Source of the DNA: Fistulifera solaris
Taxonomy: Eukaryota
NCBI GenBank assembly: GCA_030295235.1
Contig: AP026137.1
Location: 124,001-188,000, forward strand
Direction: 5' to 3'
DNA: 64,000 nt
Below the pieces are notes generated by a model. It was not told the origin of the DNA and searched no databases. It saw only the letters and a program-made list of their open reading frames with translations. This document shows positions 1-11,911 of this stretch, in pieces; within the stretch, counting starts at the first letter, position 1; each line of letters begins with the position of its first letter. A program made the translations under genes and the position numbers.

Positions 1-462
1 ACGCTTGTGATTGAAAACGATTTTTTCGCTACAGACAAGTTCGACACCTGGTTAGAGCGAGTGCTCTCGCGCAACCGCAACATCACGGTACTGGACGCGA
101 GAGGGAAAAGAATTACCAATAACGCTAAAATCGTCGCACTCTATCAATTGAATCGGTTTTACAATGGATCAGCAGCACTCATGAAAGAGTCCGCATTGGT
201 GCGACCATTGTTGGTGACAACAGCACTGGCAGAGAGCGCGTCAAGCAATTTTCAACGCAGTGGGCTACTCCTATCGAACCACACGGATACCATGTGTGAA
301 TTGCTCCATGAACTGGATCGCGATACCACTGCTGCTACTGCGAGAGGTTTCGTACCGGAAGACGTAGTGCCGTCACATTCTCGTCAACGTGGGTCTCGTC
401 GAGTAAAACGAGCGAAGGGTCAGTCGTTGCGTGCCAAGAAGGCAGCTCGAACTTACGCTTGA
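1..462 (+). CDS. 3' part of an expanded uncharacterised family member (copy 1, LLSRNRNI family); runs off the window start
   Basis: Has the family C-terminal motifs WLERVLSRNRNITVLD, LYQLNRFYNGS and RPLLVTTALAESASSNF..LLLSNHTDTMCE, plus a basic tail. Confidence 0.8.
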   Translation, partial: TLVIENDFFATDKFDTWLERVLSRNRNITVLDARGKRITNNAKIVALYQLNRFYNGSAALMKESALVRPLLVTTALAESASSNFQRSGLLLSNHTDTMCELLHELDRDTTAATARGFVPEDVVPSHSRQRGSRRVKRAKGQSLRAKKAARTYA

Positions 463-1058
463 ACACATTTTCTTTCTCGAAACTCTTAGTATATCATGGA
501 AATTGGCTTTTAGTTGACCAGGAGCCCGCCTTGCAAGACTATACCAAGTAAATTAAAATTAGCACTGCTTTATGGATGGTGCACTTTATATCTTTAACTA
601 GCTTAGACGTTTGTGGGAACAATTTGCTGCAGCTGCTTGTAAGAGACTCTGATGAAAAGAGACTTTATAAAGACTCACAACTAAGAGGAGTCTTGTAGCA
701 ATAAGTTGGCCCTTGATTATTTTACTGTAAGCATTTACTGTCGAGGACTAGAGATTGCAGTCTCTGTACTCCACTGCTGCGACATGCTTGTAGTTATAGT
801 AGAAACTAAGGTTTCAGGTTTCAGACTAAAGGAATCGTACAGGTACCCGGTTGTAGTAAAAACTACGGAGTAAGGTTATAGTCTGAAACATCAAAAAAAA
901 AAATTACAGACGCATGAGCCGCACGTTTTTGCATCCATTTGATTATTCATTCATTCATAATATTGACCTTTCTCTGGTTCATTACTCCGTAGTCAATTAT
1001 TCTTGATCGAATAAGCCAGGGAGCACCTTAATTCAGCACTCAGCTCTCTTTGCTGACA

Positions 1059-2579
1059 ATGGAAACCGCAAGGAAAAGGAAACACGGCGTGTTCTTGGAA
1101 CTCATTCCTCCCGATCAATTGTCGGCGCAACAAAGGCACTTTTGCAACCCTCGGACCCACAACGGAAGCCTTTACCCTTGTATCGATTGTTGCGAGAACC
1201 GACGTATTTGCAGGACATTGATTGGTATCAGTATCGCGATTTTTGCATCTATCGCGAAAATGGAACGACCATTTCCTTGTGTCACGATCGAGACTTTTAC
1301 CCTCCCACACGGCGCAGTCTTTCGTTTTGGTTGCACGAAGATGGTTTGTATTTGAGTTGTATCATCGTCGGAACAACCGATGCCGCGGTGGCCGAGACGG
1401 CGACGTATTTTTGGTCGATTCCGTCGCGCGACACATTTCCGGGTCGTCTGCACCTTCGCCACAAATGTCCGTTTGAGTTTCGTGCCCTAGAACCCGAACA
1501 ATTGGCTCAAATACTGGATGCGAATCCTAGGCGGTGTCTCGATATTTCGGCGTACACGTTCACCGTACAACAATCCATGGTGCTAGCGACACGGCCGCAT
1601 CCGGTCCGATTGAGAGTGGTACATGGCGGGCTTGCGTTTGAAGATGACGGAACGGCTTTTGTCGATGCGTTAGAGCAACGACAAGCCTCGTACGGGGAAC
1701 TGGATATTGAGTGCAATACGGATGGGATGCCCTTTAGCCGAAACAATCTGCGACGTCTTCTGCAACTGGATATTTTGGATAGACTTATACTCAGTCCGCT
1801 GGCAGGGGGAGTTGGCTCTACTTCCGTTTTCCGCCAAGGTCAAGGCCCTCGATTACAGTCTGGATGCCTCATTTGTGAACGTAGAGGACCTCCGCACTCT
1901 GCAGATTGTGACAAAGGATCTCAACGTGAAAATATATCTCGACGACGATGACGAGTTTGCGTATGATTTTCCGCTTGCGTTTCTGGACCGATTGGCGGAG
2001 CTGGGACACTTGGAGAAACTGGAGTTTGTCCTCGACAACTGCTCGCACGCCGCCCGTTTGGATGAGCTAGAAGCTCTTGCCGAAGCTTTGGCACGTGTCA
2101 TTCGAAACAATCCGAACTTAACGTGTTTGAATTTGAGCGAACAGTATATGTATTTCGACTGGTCTCCGTGCCTGGGAGATGTTTTCGAGGCAATGGAAGA
2201 GCATGAAGGACTACGAAAAGTCATTCTCAAAGAATACCCGAAAGACGAAGACCCTGGGTATCGGTGGTTAGAGAAGTTACTCATGCGCAATCGTAACATC
2301 GTAGTACTCGATAGCTACCGTCGAAAATGCACGGATGGATCGAGAATCAATAAGCTTTACGCACTGAACGCTTTGTACAATGGATCGCCCAAACTGGTGA
2401 AAGAGTCTGCATCGTTGCGACCCCCGCTAGTGACGGAAGCGCTGATGGAGAATGCATCGGAAAACTTTGTACATACAGCGCTACTTCTGTCATATCACAC
2501 GGATATCCTAAACGAGTTGCTGAGTTGTGCAAGCTTGGATAACGTTGCCGGTGCATGGGAAATAAGGGACGCTTTATGA
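1059..2579 (+). CDS. LLSRNRNI family copy 2, full length with two frameshifts (probably sequence errors)
   Basis: ATG at 1059 (METARKRKHGVFLELIP). Three ORFs join into one ~505-aa homolog if T4 at 1140-1143 gains a base and G5 at 1805-1809 loses one. Confidence 0.75.
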
Positions 2580-2865
2580 TTTTCCTCGCGGTCGAAATGT
2601 CAAGGGATACACTGAACAGGATGCTTTATTCCTTCACCGCTAATTCCGTCAGTGATTGTTTGGTGTGAACTGGTAGCAGTTCCTTCGCATTTACGGCACT
2701 TGCCTTCAGAAAAGATACAATAATATAAGATATGACGAAATTACCATGCCTCCATTGCGATCTGCTTTCTTTGGTTCATCATTTGAACGTTTAAAAGCTA
2801 CCATCCGGTCAGAACCCGACGGGGAAAGGAACGTTGATGCTGCTTCCTCCGATTCGATTCATACA

Positions 2866-3059
2866 GAAAATTGAGAATCTAAAGTCAGGTTCTGTATGCG
2901 CTCACACAAGGTATCCTTGCGGTTGGAGAGCATCATCGCAAAATGCTGAAAGTTTTCAAACGGAAAATTGAGTATCTAAATTTAGGTCCTGTATGCGCTC
3001 ACACAATGTATCTATGTGCTTGGAGAGCAGCATTGCACTGTGCTGAAATTTGTTCAGCG
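2866..3059. repeat. Diverged direct tandem duplication, 97-bp period
   Basis: GAAAATTGAG.ATCTAAA.T.AGGT.CTGTATGCGCTCACACAA.GTATC...TTGGAGAGCA.CAT.GCA..TGCTGAAA begins at both 2866 and 2963. Confidence 0.85.
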
Positions 3060-3216
3060 CACCCTGTGCTAGAGCTGTCGTGACAGGCAGTGTTTGCAAC
3101 TTTGACGACTTTCCTTCATACGAGCTGCCCACCCGTGAAAATACTGATTCAACAAATACAACTTGTTGATCATGGTTCCAGTATCCATCGATCTCCTGCG
3201 CGTGGAAATTGAATAC

Positions 3217-4868
3217 TCACAGCGGATGTGTTACAAATTTCTTAGCAGCACGAGCTGGCTGAAATCGTTTCTTACGCTTCACATCGGGCCCCGAGATCTG
3301 CGAGCCGGTCAAATCCAACACAAATTGCGTGCCCATTTCCTTCCAATTCACATCAGCAAAAACCTCACAGAGTATTTCTTCGTGTTGTGACAGTAGCAAT
3401 GCCGTTCGCTGGTAGTTCTGCAGTGTATGTTCCACTAAGACTTTTCGAACTAGCGCGGGTCGCAGGGATGGACTCGCTTTCGCCAGACGAGCACATGCAC
3501 GATAGTATTGATTTAGCGCATACAGCTTGTCGATGCTGGATCCATTCGAATACTTTTGTCGCTCTTTGTCCATCACAATAATGTTTCGGTTCCGGGATAG
3601 CAACTGCTCGAGCCAAATATAGTTCGAATCCTCCCGTGGATAGTCTTCTAGCACCACCCGTTGAAGACCAGTGTGCTCCTCGATTGCCTCAAAATGCTCT
3701 GCAAATGGGGACCCCATTTGAAGCGAGCATGAACGCGGCCTATATGCAAGGTAGAGAGTTGTCGATTGGCTTGAACGGCCTGAATGAAAGCATTCGTAAC
3801 AGTGGCGACTTGATCGAAACGAAACTGTTCACCGTTGTTCTCGTTCCTAAAGTCAATAGCAAAATTGAACGCCGTAAAGTGGCCCAGAGCGGCCATTCGA
3901 TGAAACAGCGAGATAAGGATAGCGTCCCATTTTTCCGCGCCGTCCACAAACGTATATATGTAAATTGATTTAGTATGAATAGCAAGAGAGCCGAAATCCT
4001 CTGGTCGAACAATTTTTGCATCAAAGTAATAGGACAGAGTATCCACTTTGGCGCAAAATGGTAGAAGTGCCAGTTCGCCATCCAGAGGAGACTTAAGGTC
4101 TATTGCAAGATTACTAATCACCATATCAAGCTGAAGAAAGCGCCTGAAATTGGAGCGGGTAAAAGGCAACCCATTCTGGTCACATTCAATTTGAAGATAC
4201 TCAAACGAGGACACTCTACTTTCAAGCGCCTCGACAAAAGCTGTGCCGTTGTCATGAAACGCAAAACTACCTCTTCTTCCGGTTACAAACGTTAAACTCA
4301 AAGGATATGACCTGCTTGCTAAGATCCTGGATTGTTCGATGGACCAACTCCCGGACGAAACGACGTAATCTGTGGTCGGATGCGCATCCAAGATATCCGA
4401 AAGTTGCACAAGGGCCGTGACGTCAAAATCGGGTCGGCCCGCGATGGGAAGACAACAAATATGTAAACTCACTGTTTCTTTTTCGGAATACTGAAGAGAC
4501 AAGAACCAGGTGGCTGTCTCAGCAATTGCCGCATCTGTGTCTCCATAGATCGCGCATCTTAGCTGATATTGATGATCATCACGATCGATTGTGAAGCAAA
4601 GATTGCGTCTCAAATAGGCCATGAAAGGGAAAACGGCCGTATTCCACCTTCCATAGTAGCAGCTGATGCAAATAAGGGTCTTATTGTCGCGGCAGATCGC
4701 GACAGGGCCGTAACTTTTCCATGAAAAGTCGTCGAGACGCGTCGGTTCCCACGATAACTGGCAAAGGAGAAAGGAATCTGCAAAGGTGTTATTTGTTTGA
4801 AATGCCTTTCTGATAGCTGACTGCTCTTTCTCCGGAATGACTTGTAGTAAAGGTTGATGTTGATTCAT
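3217..4868 (-). CDS. LLSRNRNI family copy 3, full length with one frameshift
   Basis: ORFs 3648..4868 and 3217..3717 join as WGPHLQSIFEAIEEH if A4 at 3691-3694 is A5. All family motifs and a basic tail (KRKKRFQPARAAKK) are present. Confidence 0.8.
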
Positions 4869-5413
4869 TTCTTATTGCGGAGTATTAGCGATCCTAATTG
4901 CATTACTGGTAATGATTCTTGTTTGTAAGCGAACAGATCAGCATTTGCATTTTGCTGTGCGTGTGTGGTTAGCCTTGCCGTATTAGGCGTTATTATACGT
5001 AGAATAATCTTGTAATGGATAAAACGCTCTTAAAAATCGTCGTACCGGTGACGAAAGCAAGTGAGATTCCTAGCAACGTCTTCGGCAGCTAAAGGAAACA
5101 GACGACGCACGACGAGAAGAATCTTAAAGCTTTGCAGATTAATTAACACTTCTTCCATGCAAATTCGATATTCCTGCAGGTTATTGTGGCTACTTTATGG
5201 TGACTGATAAACCATGCATTTCTCCGGCTGAGCTCTGTGAATGTGAACCAAAACTCGAAAGACAACCTAATCGAACCTACAAACTATCATCCAAGCTATG
5301 TCCTATTTTAGGCTAGGGAAAGAGCTGGTCCTTTGAAAAGAATATGGATGTAATAAATTTTTAATCGAAAGCTGCATGTCGGTACAGGAAATACAAAATA
5401 AGAAAGTACAGGA

Positions 5414-6790
5414 TCAAGGGTCAAGATCTAAATCGAAAACGGATTCAAACAATATATCCACGTAGTGCGATAAGAGAATCGCAGTTTGTTGAAAGTTATC
5501 CGAAGCGCTTTCGGTCAAAGCCGTTGTAACAAGCCGAGGCCGCAACGGTGTAGGATGCTTAAAAAGTCGTGCCGAATGATTCCGAAAATATAGATTGTCA
5601 ATGGTTGAGCCATTTGAGATCCTCCCGCCTGCGGTATTCCGTACCATGATGATAAGCTTGTTTCTCAACAAGCGTTCTAGACAGGCAAAAAAGAATTCTG
5701 CTTCCATAACATAGTGACGCAAGCAAAATAAGCATAGTTTGGCTTGTCCTTCCACAGCGCTAAAAAATGTTTTCCAAGACGGAATCAATTGCATCAGCCA
5801 ATCGTTTCCTATAAACCGTAAGATTAACAACTTCAGATTGTTGCTGATGGCATGACAGATTGCTTGAGCAATGCGTGCTGCGTCTTCCTTTCGAATCTGA
5901 GCCCGGTTTATCCGAAACGCTCGTAATGAAAGTGCCTCCAAGAACCCAGCTCCGCCAATCAATTCAATAACGACTCCAGTGTCGTAACTCAGTCATCCCC
6001 GCGACGAAGATTGATCTAGAAGGAAAGGCCTTTGGTCGAAATGTCGAAAGAGGCAAACTGTTCTGATTGAATCACGTCTGCCTGATAAATGCAATGCAGA
6101 ACACATACTTTTGCAGAAAGCGCGACCAGGGCGTGCTCCCCATGCAAACATTGTAATCGTGGGTCTTGACTTGTAACGTAAGGGAAAAGGTAATGTTTTC
6201 CCTTCAAGCCACCCGACCCAAAGCTTCCGGAATGTGTTCTCGAGACGTAGAAATCGATCCCAATTCGCCAAACGGCAAGGTTCGGCTGCGGAACTGCAGT
6301 CGATATGCACAGCCCACAGAAGGATGTGGGTCATCGGTGCAGTGCCTCCGCTAAGGCGGTGCCTCCGTCTTGGAACTGGAATTTTTGGAAAGGCGCAATG
6401 TGACAGGATAAGTTGAGCCGCTAGAACACGGAGTCCTGCGCAGGCCACGTTCCACCTTGAATGTCAAACGGCCGAAACGGATTGGCGTCCAGTACTTGCA
6501 CCGGCTGCTCGGTTCGAATGGCAGAAACGTCAACCTCGTAAAATACTTTGATTTGAAGCAAGCTCTGCTCGGATTTTTGTTGCGGAAGCGACCAAAAAGG
6601 TCGCAGTTTCGGCAATCGTGGTATCCGTATGCACAAAGATCGCGCAGAGCGGTGTCGTTTCACCAACACCGTCCACTTTGTTGCATAATATTCAGTTCAA
6701 AGTATTGACCCCAGTCTATGTCTTTCAAACAGGTACGCTCTTCACAGCAGCTGATACATTGGCATATACAGGTTCACGCCGACTCGCATA
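5414..6790 (-). pseudogene. LLSRNRNI family copy 4, degraded
   Basis: Family motifs (KDIDWGQY, VLDANP, NWDRFLRLE, RPRLVTTALTESASDNFQQTAILLSH) are spread over many frames, with apparent internal deletions. The 5' boundary is approximate. Confidence 0.7.
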
Positions 6791-6815
6791 CGAGACGTCT
6801 ACTTCGTGTAATGCA

Positions 6816-8315
6816 TTACAGAGGTTCGAGATTCACAGAGTTGATATGTTCGCAAACGAAATCGGTGTGATCGGACAACAATATGGAAATGTATTGAAAT
6901 TCGGGCAGAGCGCCGTTGATAAGCGCTGTTGCCGCTAACAGTGGTCGCAAAACAGTCTCCTCACTGACCAGCTTTGCCGATCCTTTAATGAATCGATTGA
7001 GTGCATAAAGCCTGTCAATGCTTCCGCCATTCAAGATGATCTCGCCGGAAAAATTCAAGACAATGATATCTCGCTTCCGGGAAAGGAGTTTCTCGAGAGG
7101 AGAAAAGTCGAAACCGCTCCACATCATTAATCCTATAGTAAATGTGCGCAGGTTCGGGTGATCTTCTAGCGCCTGAAAAATATTCTCCAAATGGAGATAC
7201 CATTGAAAATCTCTGTGATGATCGTCCAAAGTCAGCTGCGTCAAATTGGGGTTCCCTCTTATGACACGGCAGAACGCCTCGGCTAATTCTGCTACTTTGG
7301 CACGAGAAATATAACCGTGATAGGTAGATGAATTGCGACGGCTTTTCGCTACAAACCCGAAATTCTCAAAATGGCCCAGTTCCGCTATCCGTTCTAAGAA
7401 TACAATCGGACGCCGATTCCAATTTTCATCATGTTGGAGAACAGTGATCTGCATTTCAATTGTTAGATCTTTGGCCGCAATAGCAAGAGATTCGAATTCC
7501 TCTAACTGAATGTCGTCAGCGGCTAACTCATAGACCAACGCCTTGACCTTCATTGAGAATGGGAGAAGCACATTTTCCCCTTCGAGGCAACCGATGGTCA
7601 GCTTTTCGAAGGTTACGTCAAGTCGCAAGAATCGCGACCAGTTAGCGTGGTTGAAAGGTCTTCCCTTGTCTCCATAAACAATGTTGAGCCAGCCAAAGGA
7701 TGTTTGTCTCCGCTGGAGTGCATCTACGAAGGATGTTCCTTCGTCCTGGAAAGTGAATTCCCTAGAAAGTCGCAGCTTCAAAGGATAAGGTCGCGTAGCG
7801 AGAACTTCCGACTGCTCAGCATTCCATGTCCCTTTTAAAATCTCAATAGTTCGTCCTGGATTGGCATCCAATATCTGCGTCAGCCGCTTCACGTGAAATG
7901 TAGTTAAGTCAATGTTGTTGTGCCTGCTTCTAACGATCAACCGGCTTGTTTTAGCTCCTTGTTGCTTTAAAGACCAGAAGAAAGTAGCTGTCTCGGCGAC
8001 AGCATCGTGGGATTCTCCAAAAATGGCGCAGTGTAAAGGATGCTCATCGATTTCTCGACAGATTTTAAAGGAAACGTAATAATTCTTGTATTCAATACAC
8101 AGTAGTGGAGTAACACATATAATTGTATGATTGTTGCGCCAGATGCTCATATTTCTATATTGATCCCAATCTATGTCTTCCAGATTCATCGGTTCTCGCC
8201 GCAGCGCGTACAACGGTAGATAGTGCCCTTTGCTCTTCCGCACTCGGAGCTTCTTTTGTTTTTCCGATAGGTGTTCGTCCGGAATAAGCATCAACAAATT
8301 GTTGTTTTGTTCCAT
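6816..8315 (-). CDS. LLSRNRNI family copy 5, intact 499 aa, probably RNI-like/LRR-like solenoid
   Basis: Uninterrupted ORF with PLYALRREP.NLEDIDW, AVAETATFFWSL, LATRPYPL.L, IRGNPNLTQLTL, IFQALEDHPNLRT and LEKLLSRKRDI. The fold is inferred from LxxLxL-type periodicity. Confidence 0.85.
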   Translation of the reverse strand: MEQNNNLLMLIPDEHLSEKQKKLRVRKSKGHYLPLYALRREPMNLEDIDWDQYRNMSIWRNNHTIICVTPLLCIEYKNYYVSFKICREIDEHPLHCAIFGESHDAVAETATFFWSLKQQGAKTSRLIVRSRHNNIDLTTFHVKRLTQILDANPGRTIEILKGTWNAEQSEVLATRPYPLKLRLSREFTFQDEGTSFVDALQRRQTSFGWLNIVYGDKGRPFNHANWSRFLRLDVTFEKLTIGCLEGENVLLPFSMKVKALVYELAADDIQLEEFESLAIAAKDLTIEMQITVLQHDENWNRRPIVFLERIAELGHFENFGFVAKSRRNSSTYHGYISRAKVAELAEAFCRVIRGNPNLTQLTLDDHHRDFQWYLHLENIFQALEDHPNLRTFTIGLMMWSGFDFSPLEKLLSRKRDIIVLNFSGEIILNGGSIDRLYALNRFIKGSAKLVSEETVLRPLLAATALINGALPEFQYISILLSDHTDFVCEHINSVNLEPL

Positions 8316-9360
8316 TTTGAAGAATAAGTAAAAGAGACACGGTAAATTGTTCTATATTTTGATAAAAGGATAAAAGCTTCGTTCGAGCTTATTATTCTCG
8401 TTTTTTGTCATCAATTGCTGCGTTACCAGGTATTATTATTACTCCGGAGGAATTCGCGTTGCGGCAAAACAGACGTAAATCGGTCGACGGACGGGAAAAC
8501 CAGGTAAAGTCTGGGTACCGACGCGCATGTGAGTGAGAAACGAGCTAAGGTGGTCATGAGTCAATTTGTAGATACCCTGAGGGAGTTTCATGTTGTTGTG
8601 ACATCATGATCTTTTTTCATTACATATAATGAATGATGCTCTACCGTACCGATACCGGTATTGGAGCCCAATATACAGTTTGAGTTGTCTAGTTAAGTCG
8701 TTCATTCGGTATTATTAACTGAATTGCTTTTGTTAAGGAAGCTGTTGATACTTTCTAGCAATCGGATTGCAGAAATGATTTCATGCAAAGTCCAGCCACT
8801 GGTACCTCTCGAAAAAGTGAGGGGCTTTCAAAACAATCACCGCCTTGCAATAGCTCGTGGCGTGACAGAAAGAAAATTGTTGGGAGCGTCGACACTTAGG
8901 TAACTGAAACTATGCCAGCACGACCAGCACTGCGATTGTCGAACCGCTTTGTCTTTGATTGAGGCAAAGAAAAAGCCATAAAAATACTTTCTGCGATACA
9001 GACTGAAGAAAACTGTTGTTCTCGTATGGCCTAGACTGAAGTACATGAACAATTAGCAAGCGTTGTCGTCGGTTGTCTGTTGTCTCAAATAATTCCAAAT
9101 ATTTGAAGAGAGAGAAGTGCTTAAAGCGCACTGGTACCGTACTGGTAGACCAGCTAGAGACCCTAGCGACACTACGTCGCTCTACACAGAGTCTATCGGA
9201 ATCAGGAAGAGGAACACGGAACCAATACTACTGCAACACTGCGCACGCGGAGCACGCCCAAAAACTGGATTTCAGAAAAAGGTGTAGCAGGTTGCAGTAC
9301 CGTGGCAGTACATGTTCAAGTTCACCGTTGTCGTTTGTGTACTTTCCGTGCAGCAGTGAG

Positions 9361-9389
9361 CAGCACAGGCCGAAACGCGTCGAGCACGC
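9361..9389 (+). promoter_or_regulatory. Conserved upstream element shared with the paralog promoter at 31844-31872
   Basis: CAGCACAGGCCGAAACGCGTCGAGCACGC vs CAGCACGAGACAAAATGCGTCGAGCACGC: 24/29 identical, with a perfect 13-bp core. Confidence 0.6.
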
Positions 9390-9497
9390 ACGCTTCACAA
9401 AGATCTTTTGACACCAGCTTCTCCCACATTATTGTGACAAAATCGTTTCTCGGCACACATCACTCTCACAAACAACATCCGAAACAAGCGGTGCAAC

Positions 9498-10946
9498 ATG
9501 TTCGTTTGGTCGCTCTTTCTTTCCCTTGCAGCTGTTCAAGCTCGCTCGTTTACCGATGATCGAGGCATTACGCATGAATTCACCGGCAAGCCGACCATCG
9601 TCACCTTCGCGCATACGGCTGTAACACTCTCTCATTTCGGTACGTTCTCCATCACGTGCAACTCCCTTTTCCATATCCTTTACTCTCATCATCATTACCT
9701 CACAGGACTGGGTCTTGACCAGCTCGTCGGTGTCTGGGGTGAGTTCGCTATTGACGGATCCGATTATGACTTCAACTCCGATAGTGAGTCCTCGTACCCG
9801 GCGGACCCCACACCCGAAGAAATGGAGTTTTTGGCTTCGGTGACACACATTTCTCCCAGCTGTAAGGTTGGATACTGTACCGAGTTCGACCTTGAAATCT
9901 TTGAATCGGTCAAACCCGATTATATCGTCATGCATGGCTATCGCGGTAAATTGTATGGTTTCAACACCACCATCGAAAAACAGGTTGTGAACATGCTGGG
10001 AAAGCCCATCATTTACATTGACGTCACGCAGGATGCCACTCAGCCCGGTGGCAATTGTGTTGGCGATGGTGGTGACAATTCCACATATTGTTTCGGCAAG
10101 AGCATGATTCAGGTCATTGAACAATACGAAGCTTTGGCTTTGGCGTTGGGTGCCCCGCGTCCCGCATCAATCGATCAAGACAAACGTGAGATGTGCAAGG
10201 CCGCCAAAGAGTTTCAAGAAGCGGCGAAAATTGCTCACTCCAAGGGTGTCCGTGCATTGGCTGCATATATTGTCGATGACCCAACTCAGCTGTCGTACGT
10301 GGCATTTCTGGCCGACGACATGGTGTTGCGCATGTACGAAGAACTGGGCATGCCAATACTTCATCCCGGAAGCTGTCAAGCCGCCAACTGCAGTCAAAAC
10401 TACTTTTGGGAGTGGGTTCCGACAAGCGAATTCTTTCCCGAGTGTCCTCCGGGTGGTCCTCTTACACCCGAATGTGCCGCGAACCCATTGTATCCGGTAG
10501 ATTTGTGGTTATATGACCACCGAACCACTATGATGTTCATCAGCGACGAGTTTAAAACCACGTTCCCCGACAGAGCCGTACTTCAAGGTCAGCATGTATA
10601 CTGGCCCTTTGGCGGTGGCATGATTTCGTACCGGCATGCCGCTGAAATTTTGAGCATCGTGGCGCCCCGCTTGGCCGCCGCCGAACGCATCCATCCGGCA
10701 ACCCCGTGTACCCCAGCCGATGTCTCGTCGGCGAATCATGCCATTGAAGGCTTGGGACCTAGTCAGTACGCGTGCTACGACGAGACATTCCATCGCATGG
10801 ACTACTTTCAATGTCCCGCTGATGACAATAAAGCATTGAAGGGAGGAGGAATTGCTGGAATTGTCATTGCGGGTGTGGTTGTGGCCGCCGTCACGTCTTT
10901 TTTCGTCGTCCAGAGATGCGCGTCTGGTAAGGAATCACCAAAGTAG
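9498..10946 (+). CDS. Membrane-anchored type III periplasmic-binding-protein homolog (iron-siderophore binding, FBP1/DesE-like); exons 9498-9639 and 9706-10946
   Basis: Signal peptide, then RSFTDDRG..H....PTIVTF as in bacterial siderophore ABC substrate-binding proteins, a KPDYIV motif and a C-terminal TM helix. The 66-nt in-frame intron GTACGT..CACAG sits at the same position as the paralog's intron. Confidence 0.75.
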   Translation: MFVWSLFLSLAAVQARSFTDDRGITHEFTGKPTIVTFAHTAVTLSHFGTFSITCNSLFHILYSHHHYLTGLGLDQLVGVWGEFAIDGSDYDFNSDSESSYPADPTPEEMEFLASVTHISPSCKVGYCTEFDLEIFESVKPDYIVMHGYRGKLYGFNTTIEKQVVNMLGKPIIYIDVTQDATQPGGNCVGDGGDNSTYCFGKSMIQVIEQYEALALALGAPRPASIDQDKREMCKAAKEFQEAAKIAHSKGVRALAAYIVDDPTQLSYVAFLADDMVLRMYEELGMPILHPGSCQAANCSQNYFWEWVPTSEFFPECPPGGPLTPECAANPLYPVDLWLYDHRTTMMFISDEFKTTFPDRAVLQGQHVYWPFGGGMISYRHAAEILSIVAPRLAAAERIHPATPCTPADVSSANHAIEGLGPSQYACYDETFHRMDYFQCPADDNKALKGGGIAGIVIAGVVVAAVTSFFVVQRCASGKESPK

Positions 10947-11029
10947 CATCAATTCGTCGATTCAATGTATGTAATGAAACAGTTGTTGTGTCGTAAAATT
11001 TGACGTTTGCACCACCACGATTCCTGTTT

Positions 11030-11911
11030 ATATGTAACATCGATACATACCGGTGCGAAGCAATTTCGACCAACATAATCGCCCAACCAAAGGACGCGTC
11101 AAAATAACGTTCCTCAGCTTCCTTCGTTTTTGAAAACGATTCATTCATGTACTCGCTATAGGGGTCACGAGCTGGAGTATCTTCGTACGGCAAAGTATCT
11201 CATCATGAAACACCGTTCGGAGGTGAGGTCCCCACCGGGAACGATAGTTGGTAACGCTGATATGCAAGTACGACAGCTTTGGATTCGCCCGAATGGCGCG
11301 AACAAACGCTGGTACGACTCTTGCGGTGTCATCGTACGGTTCTTGAACAACTTCTTCCCAATAATAGTCGGTGCAAAAGACCAAGCGCTCAAAATGACCC
11401 AAAGTCGGCTACTCGCTTTAAAAACGATATCAAAATGGCATCCCAAGTGTCATACTTATTCAACATGATGGCCAGATTGAGGTCCTTGGCGGAAATAGGG
11501 AGACTTTGGAAGTCCGGAGGCGGAATGGAATGTGTTTTCCGGACGTACTCTAAAGCATCGACTGGTGTGCAGAGAATGGAAGTACGGCACTTTCCGCATC
11601 CGTTTTCCCGAAAATAGCACCCATCCAAAGATGATGTCCGACGTACGCGATACTAAATTGACAGCGCTTTCGTAAGCATTTCACCGAAATGGATTCATCA
11701 ATCGCAATGAGTGTGTGATTGGTCACGCCATAGTAATTGATTGTCGTCTATGTTCCATCCAAAATCGTCGAGATGCGTCGGTTCTCGTCGTAGCTTGTAT
11801 ATATATATATATAGGACGATGACGACCGTCAATCAGTCGCTGCGCCCTTTTTCTGTATCTTCTCGGAAATGACTTCGTAGCAGTGTGAAAGAATGCGTGA
11901 CGGTCTCGCAT
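11030..11911 (-). pseudogene. LLSRNRNI family copy 6, heavily degraded and internally deleted
   Basis: Fragments KLRREPTHLDDFGW, ISAKDLNL..WDAILISFLKRVA and RAIRANPKLSYLHI..WGPHL lie in different frames. It spans only ~0.9 kb against ~1.5 kb for intact copies. The 3' boundary is approximate. Confidence 0.7.
11798..11813. repeat. (TA)8 microsatellite inside pseudogene copy 6
   Basis: Read directly from the sequence. Confidence 0.9.

Noticed and set aside
8837..9131. Short minus-strand ORFs upstream of the first binding-protein gene
   Set aside because: No family motifs are recognisable and they cannot be distinguished from intergenic noise.
9429..10124. Long antisense ORFs over real genes (also 32175-33359, 58979-59944, 61390-62316, 25312-25857)
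   Set aside because: They are shadows of codon bias or low-complexity repeats on the coding strand and have no independent motifs.
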